DNA of 64,000 nucleotides from Camelus dromedarius. Taxonomy: Eukaryota. Positions 1-12,690 of this stretch are shown here, one piece after another. The position numbers and the translations under genes were made by a program. Under the pieces are notes generated by a model. It was not told the origin of the DNA and searched no databases. It was given only the letters and a program-made list of their open reading frames with translations. Location of the stretch: the NCBI RefSeq assembly GCF_036321535.1, contig NC_087436.1:73286001-73350000 (forward strand), given 5' to 3'. Each line of letters begins with the position of its first letter. Position 1 is the first letter of the stretch.

Positions 1-777
1 CTCAGTAATTGTGTGTTTGTGGGAGAACATCTGAATGCATGTAGTAACAAGCCATCAAATTCAGCTAACTGATCCTCAGATTTTACCATCTACGGCAACA
101 TGTGGAGCTTATTCTTGAATTTTAATTTCTCTTTAAATAAAACTACAAAATAAAACTCTAGCTGTGTTTTAAATGCATAAAGTGAAAGGAAATTTTATCT
201 CCTGATTTTTTAACTCATCATAAACATCTTCACAGTGTACTAAGCCAAACATTGCCACATACCAATCACATCATCTTCAAAAATAAAAGAGTAACTTGAC
301 TTTTTTCTTCCATTTGACAATAGAAACAATATATAGTGATAAAAGTTGGAGAAGACTCTAACAGTGTTCCAGGACCTCCCAGCTTTCCTTTCTCCAAATG
401 TATAAATCAGTAAGTATTCAAATGATTAATACACACATGATCAAGCTTACCAGAATAAATCATTTATAATTCCACCCTTGACTGTCTAGATTCATTAGTG
501 CTTTTAAGTAAATTAATGTCTTCACATTCCAGGGCCTAACAAAGTGTTATAATCTCTCCTATTATTTTATATATTGACTTGCCAATGCTTTTTCTATTAG
601 TAGGATTTGTTTTCTAACCTCTCCTCCCAGATTGAGCATAGTATATATCCACCCTCTTTCTAAGGCCTGGCTTCACCCTATATGGGATAGCAGAAGATGA
701 TCTTTTGAAATGCAATTGGAAAAAGAGAAGATTCATATTCACTTGAAGAAGGAGAAGGAGAAGTAGCGGGGGGGAGA

Positions 778-1030
778 TGATAGCAAACACTTATAAGTCA
801 CTTAGGATGTGCCACGCACTCTTCTAAGTAGTCTGTGCACGTTAATTTATTAATCCTCACAAAATCCTACATCATAGGTGTATTTATTTTCTTCATTTTG
901 TAGAAGAGAAAACCGGGGAATGGAGGTCAAAGACTTGCCCCAGGTCACACAGCTAAATGGCAGAGCTGGGATTTGGACCCAGGCAATCTGATTCCAGGGC
1001 TCATCAATGTAACCATTACACTATATTGTC
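778..1030 (-). mobile_element. MIR SINE, near full length
   Basis: Reverse MIR core: aatcctcacaaaatcct...cattttgtagaagagaaaacc...gacttgccccaggtcacacagct...ggatttggacccaggcaatctg. Confidence 0.85.
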
Positions 1031-1852
1031 TCTCTATAAAAATACCCAGGAACCATGTTGAGATTATTAAAGGTCCAAAGATAGTATAGATACTTGAGGA
1101 TGGACCAATGAGTGGCATTTCCAGTCATCCTCTTCATACTGGGTAAAATTAAATGCAGCTGAATGACTGATCTTTAAGGCCAAAAATAGAGTAGAGGGTT
1201 GGAGATTAAAGCTGGGGTCAGGGGAGGAAGGCTTTGGAGAAACCAGGTGGACCAAGTTGAAGACAAGGAACCCACAAGGAAGATGTTCTTTCCTGGACTG
1301 GATGAGGAGAGGTGGCAGATTAAGGACCATGTCATACTAGTGAAGGAGCACCATACACATTCAGGATGAAGTGGGATGAGTTGAACAAAGTAAATGAACC
1401 ATTCACAGTTTCCCATCCCAAGGAGGATCTTAACTTGGATGGCCACTGACTTCAGCCTGCAGTAAAGATTTGCCTGCACATCACCTGGATCTGCTAAAAT
1501 GAGACTTTTCCCCAGCAATGCACTCTACCACCCCGCTCTTCCAAGACTAAGAGCATAAGGGATGTTATCATATCTTAATAAACTGCAAAATGTCTCTTTC
1601 ACCTTCTCTCTATCCCAGTCCTCTCTCCCCTTTTTTATTTGTATTGGCATGCAAACATGTTTCTTCCAAATGAAATGTATATGCTAATTTTTTATGACAA
1701 CATAGGTCTAAAATAAAGCACCAATACTTTAAAAATGGTCACCAGTAAAGGGTCCTAGACTTTTCCAATAATTTATAGTAATGTCATACACAATGATGAC
1801 AGTAGGTTCAGAAGAGCAAGCCAGTTATAAACACAATAATCCAAAGAAGAAT

Positions 1853-2750
1853 GAAATGAAAAGATGCTCAGTATCACTAATTATCAGGGAAATGCAAATT
1901 AAAACTACAATGAGGTATCACCTCACACAAGTCAGAATGGCCATCATTAGAAAGTCCACAGATGATGAATGCTGGAGAGGGCGTGGAGAAAAGGGAATGT
2001 AATGTTGTTGGAAATGTAATTTGGTGCAGCCATTATGGAAAACAGTATGGAGATTCCTTTAAAAACTAAAAAAATACTGACTGTATGATCTAGCAATCCC
2101 ACTCCTGGGCATGTATCTGGAGAAAGCCAATTCTAAAAGACACATGCACCCCAGTGTTCATAGGAGCACTATTTGCAACAGCCAAGACATGGAAGCAACC
2201 TAAATGTCCATCGACAGATGACTAGATAAAGATGTGGGAAATATATCCAATGAAATACTACACAGCCATAAAAAAGAATAAAATAACGTCATTTGTAGCA
2301 ACATAGATGGACCTGGAAATTATCATACTAAATGAAGTAAGTAAGACAAAGAAAAACTTCACATGATATCACTTATATGTAGAATCTTAAAAAATGACAC
2401 AAATGAACTTAGTTACAAAACTTAGAAACAGACTCACAGACATAGAAAACAAACTTATGGTTACCAGCGGGGAAAGGAGGGGTGGAGGGATAAATCAGGA
2501 GCCTGAGATTTGCAGGTACACACTGCAAATATATAGTAATGTATAAAATAGATATAAAACAAGGTCCTCCTTGTTGGAGAGGGAACTATATTCAGTATCT
2601 TGTAATAACCTACAATGATAAAGAATATAAAAAAGAATGTATATGTATGACTGCATTACTACACTGTACACCAGAACTAACACAACTCCATAAATCAACT
2701 ATACTTCAGTAAAAATATAAAAATTAAAAATTTTTAAAAAGAAAGAAAAA
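1853..2750 (+). mobile_element. 5'-truncated L1 (ORF2 C-terminus, 3'UTR, A-rich tail)
   Basis: ORF track peptide [24 protein letters not shown] is typical of the L1 ORF2 C-terminus; 3'UTR ends tcaactatacttcagtaaaa followed by an A-rich tail. Confidence 0.95.
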
Positions 2751-3139
2751 TTCTTCTCCCTTCCTTGCTCTGAGGTGCTATGTCCTTTATGGTTTGGCTG
2801 GAAGTCTACCTCATAAATGAGTACTTGGCTGTGTTTTCTCATGAAGCTGTGGTCAAACAGGTCATCACTACCCTATATCTGCCTCCCTTCCCTCCATGCT
2901 TCATGTCCCTTTTTTCCGCTTAGTATTTTTCAATTACACTTCCCAAAAAAATTTTAGCATATAAGCTTTGCCTCGTTTTCTATTTTCTAGGGAATATGGG
3001 TTGAAAAAGATATCAGACTTAGGGGGCTGTTTCAAATAATGAGTATGCCACTATTGACACCACTTTGCTAAGTCATATCCTTCAAGTTTGTAAGGATGAG
3101 AAATAAGAACATGCTGCATTAAACTTAGAAATATTTGAC

Positions 3140-3430
3140 CTAAATTTGATCCTAATTCTGCAAATTACTATATGATCTTGAGCAATTCACTGAACCTCTC
3201 TGAGCCTCATTTCCCCATTTGGATCAACAAAGAATCAGCATGACAGGCTGTCAGGGAAGACTGTTTGAGGTGCCTGTGAAAATTCCAGCAACTGACATAA
3301 CATCTCTGAGCTTCAGTTTCCCCATGTGTAAAACGAAGCTAGTGAAGCAACCTGCTTCACAGGTGTGTTTGGAGGATTAAATGACATCAACACTTGTGCA
3401 AACTACTTGTAAAGTCTCTTATCTATTATT
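3140..3430 (+). mobile_element. Two adjacent MIR core fragments
   Basis: aacctctctgagcctcatttccccattt and ctctgagcttcagtttccccatgtgtaaaa...ggaggattaaatga. Confidence 0.7.
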
Positions 3431-3602
3431 ACCATCTCTGAAAAGTAGTAAAAACTCCCCTCCTTAATGGGTGTTTGTGAAGATTTGCTGCCTTCTCCAG
3501 GCAACTTGTTGAAGCTGATGGGGTGAGGTCTGGGCACCTGAGCCGTGGGAATACGTAGCATCACTGAAAAAAAATTTTTTTTTCCTGGGAAAAAAGGGGA
3601 TC

Positions 3603-3638
3603 ATGTTATAATGTATGTGTATGTTATAATGTATGTGT
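3603..3638. repeat. Perfect 18-bp tandem duplication
   Basis: atgttataatgtatgtgt occurs twice head-to-tail. Confidence 0.95.
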
Positions 3639-4778
3639 AGTCACTCTTCTTCCCTCCCCTACTGACAGATGCCTGGACCCCTTTACGTCATCTTCTCAGC
3701 CCAGTGAGTTGACTCCATGTCAATACAGACTTCAGCCCATATCTTCCCTCACCTCCAAAAAAAAAGATCATTTCCAGCTTTTTCAGTCTCTCTCCCTGAC
3801 TTTCACTAGCCCTGGCTGCCCCCAAGGAAGAAAGATGTAGCAAGTAACAAAACAATATTGGTAATGTTTCATGTCTTCATTCAAGTCTTAGTTTAAAAGA
3901 AATATTCCAAAGGCCCAAATCTGGGGGGGCAGATTCTCGCCCAAGACTTGGGAGGACAGATTCATATCAAGTGACCTTGTTTTGCTTGGTATATGATTTA
4001 AATTAGCCCCCTGTGTGAAATAATTTAGAATATAAAGAAAATGGGCTTAGCTAATATGCCATATCAGAACACATTACATAAGATTTTATACATTTGTGGA
4101 TAAAATCTGAGTCTGTTAGGCTGGCCAAGGATTCTACCTCCCTAGTAATCTGAGAAGCAAGCATTCATCCATCCCTCCAACAAATAATTTATGTGAGATG
4201 GGAACAGACAAGCCCCAGTTTTTGCAACAGATCCAGGTTCTTCGGTAACACTATTACAGCAGATATTCCTCCTTTGTACTTGACTCATAGTCCTGTTATC
4301 AATTACCCATGATCTAACAACAGCAAAAGCCGTGGGACCACTGGGATCCAACGCCATGGTGATTCATCAAAGATGCAGCTCAGTGGCTGCTGAATCAAAC
4401 TCTAGAGTCCACGCTGACCCTGCCCAGTTCTCACTACCACATTGACCTCACCCTGAAACCCTCCAAAGAGATCTGGAGATTGGTCATTACCATAAAACAC
4501 TGTAATTCATGCAATTTATGGTTTATTCCAGACATCCAGCTACTACCGATTTCTACTGTTTGTCTGGATTAAGAGCTGCCTCTTACCAAGAGACTTTGCA
4601 GCAGTCTCTCCAGTTAATTAATGTTTTCAGGCACTTGCCTAGAGGACAACAACAACAGAAGTTGCTATGTAATTGCCATTGTTTACCACAAACTGCAAGG
4701 CTCCATGATCACTTTATCCTTGTCCCTGAGATCACTGTCATCATCATCATCACCATCGTTATCAATAGTCATTAAAGA

Positions 4779-5022
4779 GGGGGAGGGGATAGCTCAGTGG
4801 TAGAGTGCATGCTTAGCATGCACGAGGTCCTGTGTTCAATTCCCAGTACTTCCATTAAATATATATATATATTTATTTTATATTATATTATAAAATATAA
4901 TATAATATAATTTATAATATAATATTTATATTATATTATAAAATATATTAAAATATATTATATATATATTTTATTATATATATATAAACCTAATTACCTC
5001 CCCTCCAAAAAATAAATAAAAA
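4779..5022 (+). mobile_element. tRNA-derived camelid SINE (Vic-1-like) with internal AT expansion
   Basis: A box tagctcagtgg, B-box-like gttcaattcc, tail aaacctaattacctcccc, A-rich end, TSD agtcatt(a/g)aa at 4767-4776 and 5023-5032. Confidence 0.92.
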
Positions 5023-5839
5023 AGTCATTGAATGTGCACTAAAATGCACACTACTTCACTGTATGTTCTAACGTGACCTGCAGCACAGCTGGTCAAAGAA
5101 GGCTCATCAAGAAAATAGCGCATCAGAGTCTTAATACTGTTCCAGGGCTCTTTTCTAAAAAATCATTTTTACTCACTTTTGGAACCTAAATGTATAGAAG
5201 TATAAACATCAGCAAATTATCTCTTTCTTTGGTAATCTACCCTTTTTGGTGTCCAACACATACAGGCACTCTAAATATTTGCTGATAGATGAAAGTATGA
5301 ATTAAATTAATAAACAAGTATGCAGAAGTTTGTAGCAAAAATACCTAATGATATCTGAGGCTCCAAATCTAAAGAAGGGAGATGAAAAATTAGCTGATGC
5401 TTCTTGAGTGGTGGGTATTGAGGGGCATAGTGTCCTCGTCCATCCAACAATGTGTCTAGTGAAAATCAAGTCACATTTTTTCCTTTAAAGGAAAGAGAAA
5501 TCACAGAAAGGCAGCTGCTCAGAGGCTCTCATGTGTATCATATGATCTGACATTGTGGTATTTAAACTTTTTTTGTTGGGACACAACTGATGCTCATATG
5601 TGCAAAAGACTCATGGATGTATCCAAGGTGGAGATCCCTGCCACTTTCTCTCTTCTTCAAGAAATGATGGATTATAAGTAAGGAATATAAGCATGACTAG
5701 GGATAACCTTGAATTTTCTCTCATTTTTTTAAACAAAAAAGTAAATCCTTCAAAAATCTTGGTGTTTGAATGCTTACCTGTAATGAATTACTTGGAAACA
5801 CATTACAAATGATGGTAACATGGTTGGATCTCTCAGCAT

Positions 5840-5985
5840 AGCAGCGTAGAGACCTGGGTTCCAGGTCCTGATCATACAGTGATTAGCCCAATGATCTAAA
5901 GCAAATCATTTCCCTTCATTGAATCTCAGTTTCTTCATTGTTACATGAGAAAGTTAGGCAAGGGTCCCACTTCAGTTCTAATTAC
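5840..5985 (+). mobile_element. MIR fragment
   Basis: gagacctgggttccaggtcctg...gaatctcagtttcttcattg. Confidence 0.65.
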
Positions 5986-6344
5986 TCTACCTGAGGTCTG
6001 GCTTGGAGCCCTCCTTGGAGTCTGAGGTTCGGAGCTAAGTGTGGCCATCCTGGGAAAAGTTAAACAGGACTTGGATCTCTATCAAGGGTTTTTATATCCC
6101 TGGAAACAATTTGTCCTCCCATCCCTTCTTCCAGTAACTTCTCCTACATCATATAGAAAATAGTAAACTGGCAACTTTTCTCAAGCATGAGAAATCTCAC
6201 AATATGCCTGGGTTCTATAAGCCAGCTCTTTGGGAAGTTTATTTCTTGTTTGCCCAACCTTTCTCCCATTGGGGAACCCATTGTCTCCCCTTCTATAATA
6301 ACCAAACTTGCTCAGTCTTTGTGGTTCAAGTACAAGTCATCACA

Positions 6345-6480
6345 CCCTAGAATACACACATGGCATTAGCCTTACACGTGCAGCACTCTTGATTCTCACA
6401 ACAGTCTTGTGAGGTGAATGGAATAGTTGTAACTCGGCTTCCCATTGAAATGTAAGAAAACAAAACTGATGGATTTGTTG
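6345..6480 (-). mobile_element. MIR fragment
   Basis: tgattctcacaacagtcttgtgaggt...cccattgaaatgtaagaaaac. Confidence 0.55.
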
Positions 6481-7069
6481 ACATTAAAATCATACATATA
6501 GGAACTGCTGCTACACAAACCCCAAGGGTTTTTTTTTTTTTCCACTTCAAATCTGGTATTCTCTCCAATTCCCCACCAGATTGTGAACCCCTTCACTTGT
6601 CATTCTATCCTCACCCTGTATATAGAAAGACAGAATAGTTACCCAAGATTCTGAAAATAGGATTAATACAATCCACCAGTGTAAGAGAAGAGAGCAGACA
6701 TCAGCAGAAGCCCTCATACAGACGCAGAATGTCTGTCAGGATAAAGGTAGGAAAAGCAACACTAACTGTAACAATCAATAGTATTGATTGATGGAGCAAA
6801 AATGTCATGGGAGAGGAATTTCAACATGGACAAATTTAAAACAAGGGTCCAAGAAGGAAAATACGACAGTGCTCATCCAACATTGTCGTAGGTGAAAAAC
6901 ATAATCAAAGGGGCAAAAGAAGTTTAGTCATTAGAAAAATATCCTATGATAAGGGGCAAGGCTGGTTTAACAAAACTCACCATAGCCTATTAAATAAAGT
7001 ATCTCCCAAGCTTTTCCTCTTCACTTTACTCGGTATCTGTGTACAAATCCATGACATTAAATTCTAGTC

Positions 7070-7325
7070 AACCTTATTTAATTTATTTCAACACACATAA
7101 CTTTGAGTGACTTCTGTGTACCAGGAATCGTACTAGGGATGAGAGAGAAAAAGGATGAGCAAGAAATAATCCCTATATTCAAGGAAGTAGGTGAATAAGA
7201 GAAAGGAGTTGAGGAAGATCCCCAAGATTCTGACTTGGGCGACTGGTGCATGCCATTAACTAAGGGAATAGAAGAGGAGCAGAACAGGAGAGCAGGTGGG
7301 AAGTAAGGAACTCAGTCTGAGATAC
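7070..7325 (-). mobile_element. L2 fragments
   Basis: Reverse L2 3' end (atttatttcaaca...gagtgacttctgtgtaccagg...tagggat) and purine-rich L2 body. Confidence 0.6.
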
Positions 7326-7326
7326 C

Positions 7327-7570
7327 AGATCAGCTAAGAATGCCTTTGGCTGAAAGGAACAACCTCAACCAGCAAAGTGTAAGCAATAGACATTTAATGA
7401 CCACAATATGAAATCTGGAAAAATATAGTCCAGGTCAGTGCAGTGGTTCAACAATACCAAGGATGCAGGCTTAACATATCCTTTATTCCACCATTCTTGG
7501 CATGTTGGCATTTTGTACTTGTGCTGGTTACCTCACGTCACAGGGTATTTGTCAGCTATACGGCTAAACT
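7327..7570 (-). mobile_element. Old MaLR LTR fragment (MLT1J/K-like)
   Basis: tcagctaagaatgcctttggctg...cagtggttcaacaataccaagg resembles a reverse MLT1 terminus. Confidence 0.5.
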
Positions 7571-8552
7571 GCCATTTGTCATCCCTCTTTAATCACTATA
7601 ATGAGTCTCCTAAACTCCAGTATATCAAAAATAAACAATTATATGAAATGCATTAATTCAACAAGGAGGATAAATACCAAAAATGTATAAGCCTCTTCTC
7701 CATTCTCCATCCAGTTATTACACAAGGGGTAAGAAAAATAAAAATACAGTCTTGATCGCTGGCTGGCCGTAAATCATTGCCTAGGTCCAGGAAATGAAGC
7801 AAACAGCCATTAAGCAGGTAAAAAAAAAATTTCAATGATTTATAAATGGCATTTTTCTTTAGAAATCTTGGGTGGTCCAGGAGGCAATGGCAGAACGGCA
7901 TTCTACAGATTATCTCCACTGTACCTTTCACGTCCATTAGTTAGAGCCACGTTGCACCTGTTGCATATAAATTGCTTTATGAACAGCTGTTTCTTCCCCA
8001 GCGTAAGCAAGCTGGATATTGAGATAGCCATCTTGTCTGGTGTTTGCTGACAGCATAGCATCTTGATTTCCCAAGATGGAAGACAGTACACAAATGTTTA
8101 TTTATGCATATCAAATATACCAGAATCAGGATTTTTTTCCTAGACAACTAGGTTAGCCCTTGACTCTTCCCACCAACACCTGTAAACTCAGGAATGAGAT
8201 TTGAATATTTATTATTAATGATTCATTAACACTCAACCACTTGAGGAAATTACTGTATTAATGTACATAAATGTTCATAGGAATGTGTAAACAAGGTGAG
8301 AAACCCTAATTCTATTCATTCCAGGAAGTTGTTCTTCTCTTTATCAAAGTTAAGGACTGCCAAAGAGGACTTTCTGTCTAGTGTAGAAGGACAAGAGGCA
8401 ATAAAATAAAACATATCCTCCAAGGACCAGAATGTTCAGTCCTCTAGAGAGGACACCATCCTCTAGAGACAGACATGGGCAAAATGGTGAAAGGAATGCC
8501 GTGATTTCTGCCCACCACCCTTTCTGGCACCCGCTCCCTCAAAGAGCATGCA

Positions 8553-8557
8553 AACAC

Positions 8558-8601
<44 letters not shown>

Positions 8602-8621
8602 GTGCTCACGTGCACACACAC
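8553..8621. repeat. (CACATA)n/(CA)n compound microsatellite
   Basis: Read directly from the sequence. Confidence 0.95.
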
Positions 8622-10241
8622 TCCAACAGGCCCTGGTCAGGCTTCTTTGGACAAACCCCTCTTCCTGGAAAATCAACCCTACTTCCCTTTACCACTCCCT
8701 CTAAACTCTTAGTGTCCTCAGAATTTGATCTACCCAGAAGCCAAAAAGAAAGTTAATTGTACTATTTACAACAGCACAGCAAGGAATGATAGGATTTCTC
8801 CAAAGGGCAGTTGCATTTTACATGCATGACTTATTCCAGACATTCGCAAATCTAACAGTAGACCCTTGGGCAAAATATGCTTTATCAGAAGAGCCTTTCT
8901 GGTCTCCTCTTATCACAGCTTTCTCAACTTATTTTTTAAAAAAAGCTTTGTCAAAGGTTTTTACTGTTCTCCAACCAAAGGCATTTTAACCAAAACAAAG
9001 ACATTTCACAACACATCCAGAAAATATTATAAGCTAAAAACAAAATAGAATTTTTTTTTCTTCTCAACTGCTGAGCAAGGTCAGTTAATGCATGAAATCT
9101 GACAGTTCCTTCTGATGTGTAAACTTCAAAGGTCTGTGCTACCAAAGAGCCATAAAACTAAACAGAATTCTCAAATACACCTAGTAGATTCTCCAAAAAA
9201 TAAGTGCTTGTGGGTTTGCTTTTTGGAAACAGGATGTGCAAAGAAGCTAATTTGGGGAAGTCTTGATTATCCAATCCAGTGGAGATGTTCAGAGTTAGAC
9301 CTGGAAAGCTAGACACTCAGTTGATTTAAGAATGAGAACTTTGGTGTAGATCTGAGTAGAACTTTCTAAGGCAGAGAAGACAATGATGCAAATGCCCTGA
9401 GCAGGGAATGAGTTTGGTCATAGAACAAAAAGACAATTAATGGGCAGACAAGGGGAGAGCAAGAAGGAAAGTTATAGGCGATGAAGTCAGAGGGCTAGAG
9501 AAGAACCAGAAAATACAGAGTTTCAAAGGCTGATGGTTTAACTTCTAGGTTTTCAGGAACCATCAGACAAAATATATACCATCAGTTTCCTCTTAAGGAA
9601 CCACTCTGGATCTTAAAAATAGAGGAAATTAAATCCAGGGGATTGATTAAATAGGTGACAGAAGAACCCAGAAAGCAAAGAAGAAATGGAATCCACTACC
9701 ACCCTGGGGCAGGAGAAATCGTACAAGGAAGTGGCATCATCAGAGCCCAGAAGCATAGGCCACTGGAAGACTTAGGGCCAGGGTGGGGGCTGCCGTACGG
9801 AAGCTGGACATCACGAAGGAAACTGTTTCATGGGAGATAAGCCTCACTCAGGACAGAACAAGAGAAGAAATCACTGACTTCTCCTCTCTTCTTGCCCTAC
9901 GATCTTCTATCAGTTCTTCCCATGGGCCAAACCTATCTGGAAATATAATTCCCTGTGATGCAGAGCAGAGCAAGAGAAGGACGGGAATTGGATCTGAGGA
10001 AAACAGGTAAATGGCAGGCACATAGGTCAACTCTAAGGGGAAGAGAAAATTCCCCCTGCCCTTACCTGATCTAACCATGCAACTCCCCAGCAAGTCTTTT
10101 CTTCTTTATCTGATTTTGTCTGTCTGGCCACATGACTTGAGGACACAACTAGAGGGCAGGGTCCCCATCTGTGATCAGTATGATGAATTTTGTGTGGGAG
10201 CCAGTAGGTCTCCTCACAGAACCAGAGAGCTGCTATTTCTT

Positions 10242-10330
10242 TTTTCATTGAAGTATAGTCAGTTACAGTGTGTCAACTTCTGGTGCTTCAATCATACATA
10301 AACACACATGTATTTGTTTTCATATTCTTT
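10242..10330 (-). mobile_element. Very short L1 3' end
   Basis: tttttcattgaagtatagtcagttac... is a reverse L1 3' terminus; TSD tgct(a/g)tttctt at 10231-10241 and 10331-10341. Confidence 0.85.
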
Positions 10331-12341
10331 TGCTGTTTCTTATTGATGGAGATGAGGGTGCCTGCAGCTGCGGAAGGAGGTCAAATTGGAAAATGAGTCT
10401 ACCCAACCCCTAAACAAACGTTGGAGATTTTCTAAAACCACTGAAGACACCAATTAGTCCTTTTATTTCTATAATATCAAACTGATTTAATTGTTCCTCC
10501 CTAAGGGACAGCACAACCATCTACCCAGTTACTTCAGCCGAAAACTTGGGGGGTCATACTTCTCCCTTCTTCTTTTTCTTGAATAATGATTACACACCTA
10601 AGGAGATGCCTTTTCTAAGAAAATGCCTTTTTTCAGTGCTCTCCTCTGATGGGCATTTTTTCATCACCACATCCACCAGTACACATTTCTGTTTACTAAG
10701 GAGGACACTGTAGAATATTTTTTTCCCTTAACAAAGCTCTCAAATTGCGGGCATGTCACCATGCTATGCATTTGCTCTTCTGTCGCCCTGTGTAAGTGGA
10801 CTGAAATTACTCCTCTGATAAAATGCCTCTGAAGAGATTTCTCTTTGCCTTGTGCAGTCAGGGCGGGGGTGGAGGCAGGGTGGAGGGGAGAAGGCAAAAG
10901 CAACTTTTCAAGACTGATGCGTTTCCTGGGACCCCATCTACATCTTCTCCTTAGTAAGTCAGTAGCCATGACAACAGGGAAAGCTTGGAGGCAGACTGCA
11001 TGAGTTGTCTGTTTTTCTCCGCAGGACTCCACCCAGAAGATTCAGGCCCTGTGTCTGACTGAGCCACAGGTGAGAATACAAACCTTTCATGAGGCCGGTT
11101 TTTCTTCAACACAGCAGCTCTGGCTCAGGGACTACTGCGGCTGCTGCAGACTTGACCCTGACCCAAGTCTGTCCTGCCCATCAGCTCCAGCTGCATCCTT
11201 CGCTCCGGACTGTGGCCCTCACTTGCTCTTCACTGCTCTCTGAATCTGCACTAAGCCCTCAGCAGAATGTTCTGCCGTGGGTCCCCAGTGTCTGCCATGA
11301 CACTCTCCATCTTGGTTCCAGCCTTGTCTCCTCTGACCTGTGGCTGCCCAGGCCTTTGCCCACATCCCTCTCACCCTTATCTCCCCCCTTCCAATGACCA
11401 ACCATCCCTTGCCACTACCAGTCATTTACCCACCAGGGCCATGATGATCATTGGGTGAGGGAGATGTTCACACAGTTACGATTTTAAGACAGCAAAACTG
11501 AGTGTTACTCATTTTCATCTTTCCAAAAATGACAGATCCAGGCATGCAGGGAGCACCAAATGTTTGAAGGTAGAAGGAAAGAAAAAAGGAAGATGGGGAA
11601 AGAGGAAGAGCGAGAGGGAGGGAGGGAAGGAAGGGAGATTGGCTCCCACGAAGCAAATTTGGGGCACATATTAGTCAGCTGGAGATAGGGGTAGCACTGT
11701 AGAAATTAAAAACCACTGAGCTGGGAGTCAGTCAAGAGCCAGGAGCTCTAAACCTGCCTCTGCCACCAATTTGCCACATGAATTTGATTCATTCTGTTCC
11801 AAATCTCTTCGTAGCCCCACGGTCTGAACTGGATTCCAGATTTCCTGAGGGTTATCTTCTGAGTTTCCTGAATTTAACTGATTTTAGATTATGCTACGTT
11901 CTCTCTAGCCAGATCTATGTCAATCAACTCCAGAGGGACCCTGACATTTGGGGCCTCTATTCAAGCTTTCCTACAGCACTTGGGTCTTAGAAATGTGACT
12001 CCAAATTGTCAGAGGCCAGCCAAACCTCCAAGCCAGTTCCATGTCCAAGGAATCTGTTCCTTACTCAAATATTCCTCTGCCCTCCTAGTAGCCCTGGAAA
12101 AATAGTCCCAGAAGCCTCAGGTAGCCACTATAGGTGACCCCAGACCTGAAAAACAAGAAATACCAGGCTCTGGGCTTTGAGCCTCCATCCTCTAATCTGC
12201 CAACTGATGTATAGTTTCTCTTTAAATTTAAAATTCTATTTAGTGTTTTCTAGTCTTAAGTTAAAATGACATCTGCTTTTAGGGTTCTCTCTACAGCTTC
12301 ATGTAAACCACAGGCAGCAGGAAGGCAAAAGAACTCATTAC

Positions 12342-12690
12342 GACATTGAGGTTGCTTCCATGTCTTGGCTATTATAAATAGTGCTGCTATGAACAGACTC
12401 ACGTACACAGAAAACAAACTTACGGTTACCGGGGGAAGAGAGGGGTGGGAAGAGATAAATTGGGAGTTCAAGGTTTGCAGGTACTAACTACTATATATAA
12501 AATAGATAAACAGCAAGTTTCTTCTGTATAGCACAGGGAACTATAGTCAGAATCTTGTAGTAACCTACAACAAAAAAGAATACGAAAAGGAATATATGTA
12601 TGTACACGTATGACTGAAACATTATGCTGTACACTAGAAATTGACACATTATAAACTGACTATACCTCAATAAAAAAAGAGAAAAAAGAA
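12342..12690 (+). mobile_element. L1 3' end with 5' inversion
   Basis: 12342-12395 is antisense L1 (gttgcttccatgtcttggctatt); about 12392-12690 is sense 3'UTR ending in poly(A). Confidence 0.9.

Noticed and set aside
4200..4360. Exon candidate after tttttgcaacag
   Set aside because: Stops in all three plus-strand frames and no strong donor.
4779..4855. tRNA gene (also at 21727, 33822 and 62530)
   Set aside because: A-rich tails, TSD-like flanks and no proper cloverleaf acceptor stem show these are SINE copies.
10620..10660. Hairpin aaaatgcc...ggcatttt as a possible miRNA
   Set aside because: Stem too short and interrupted; matches no miRNA I recognise.
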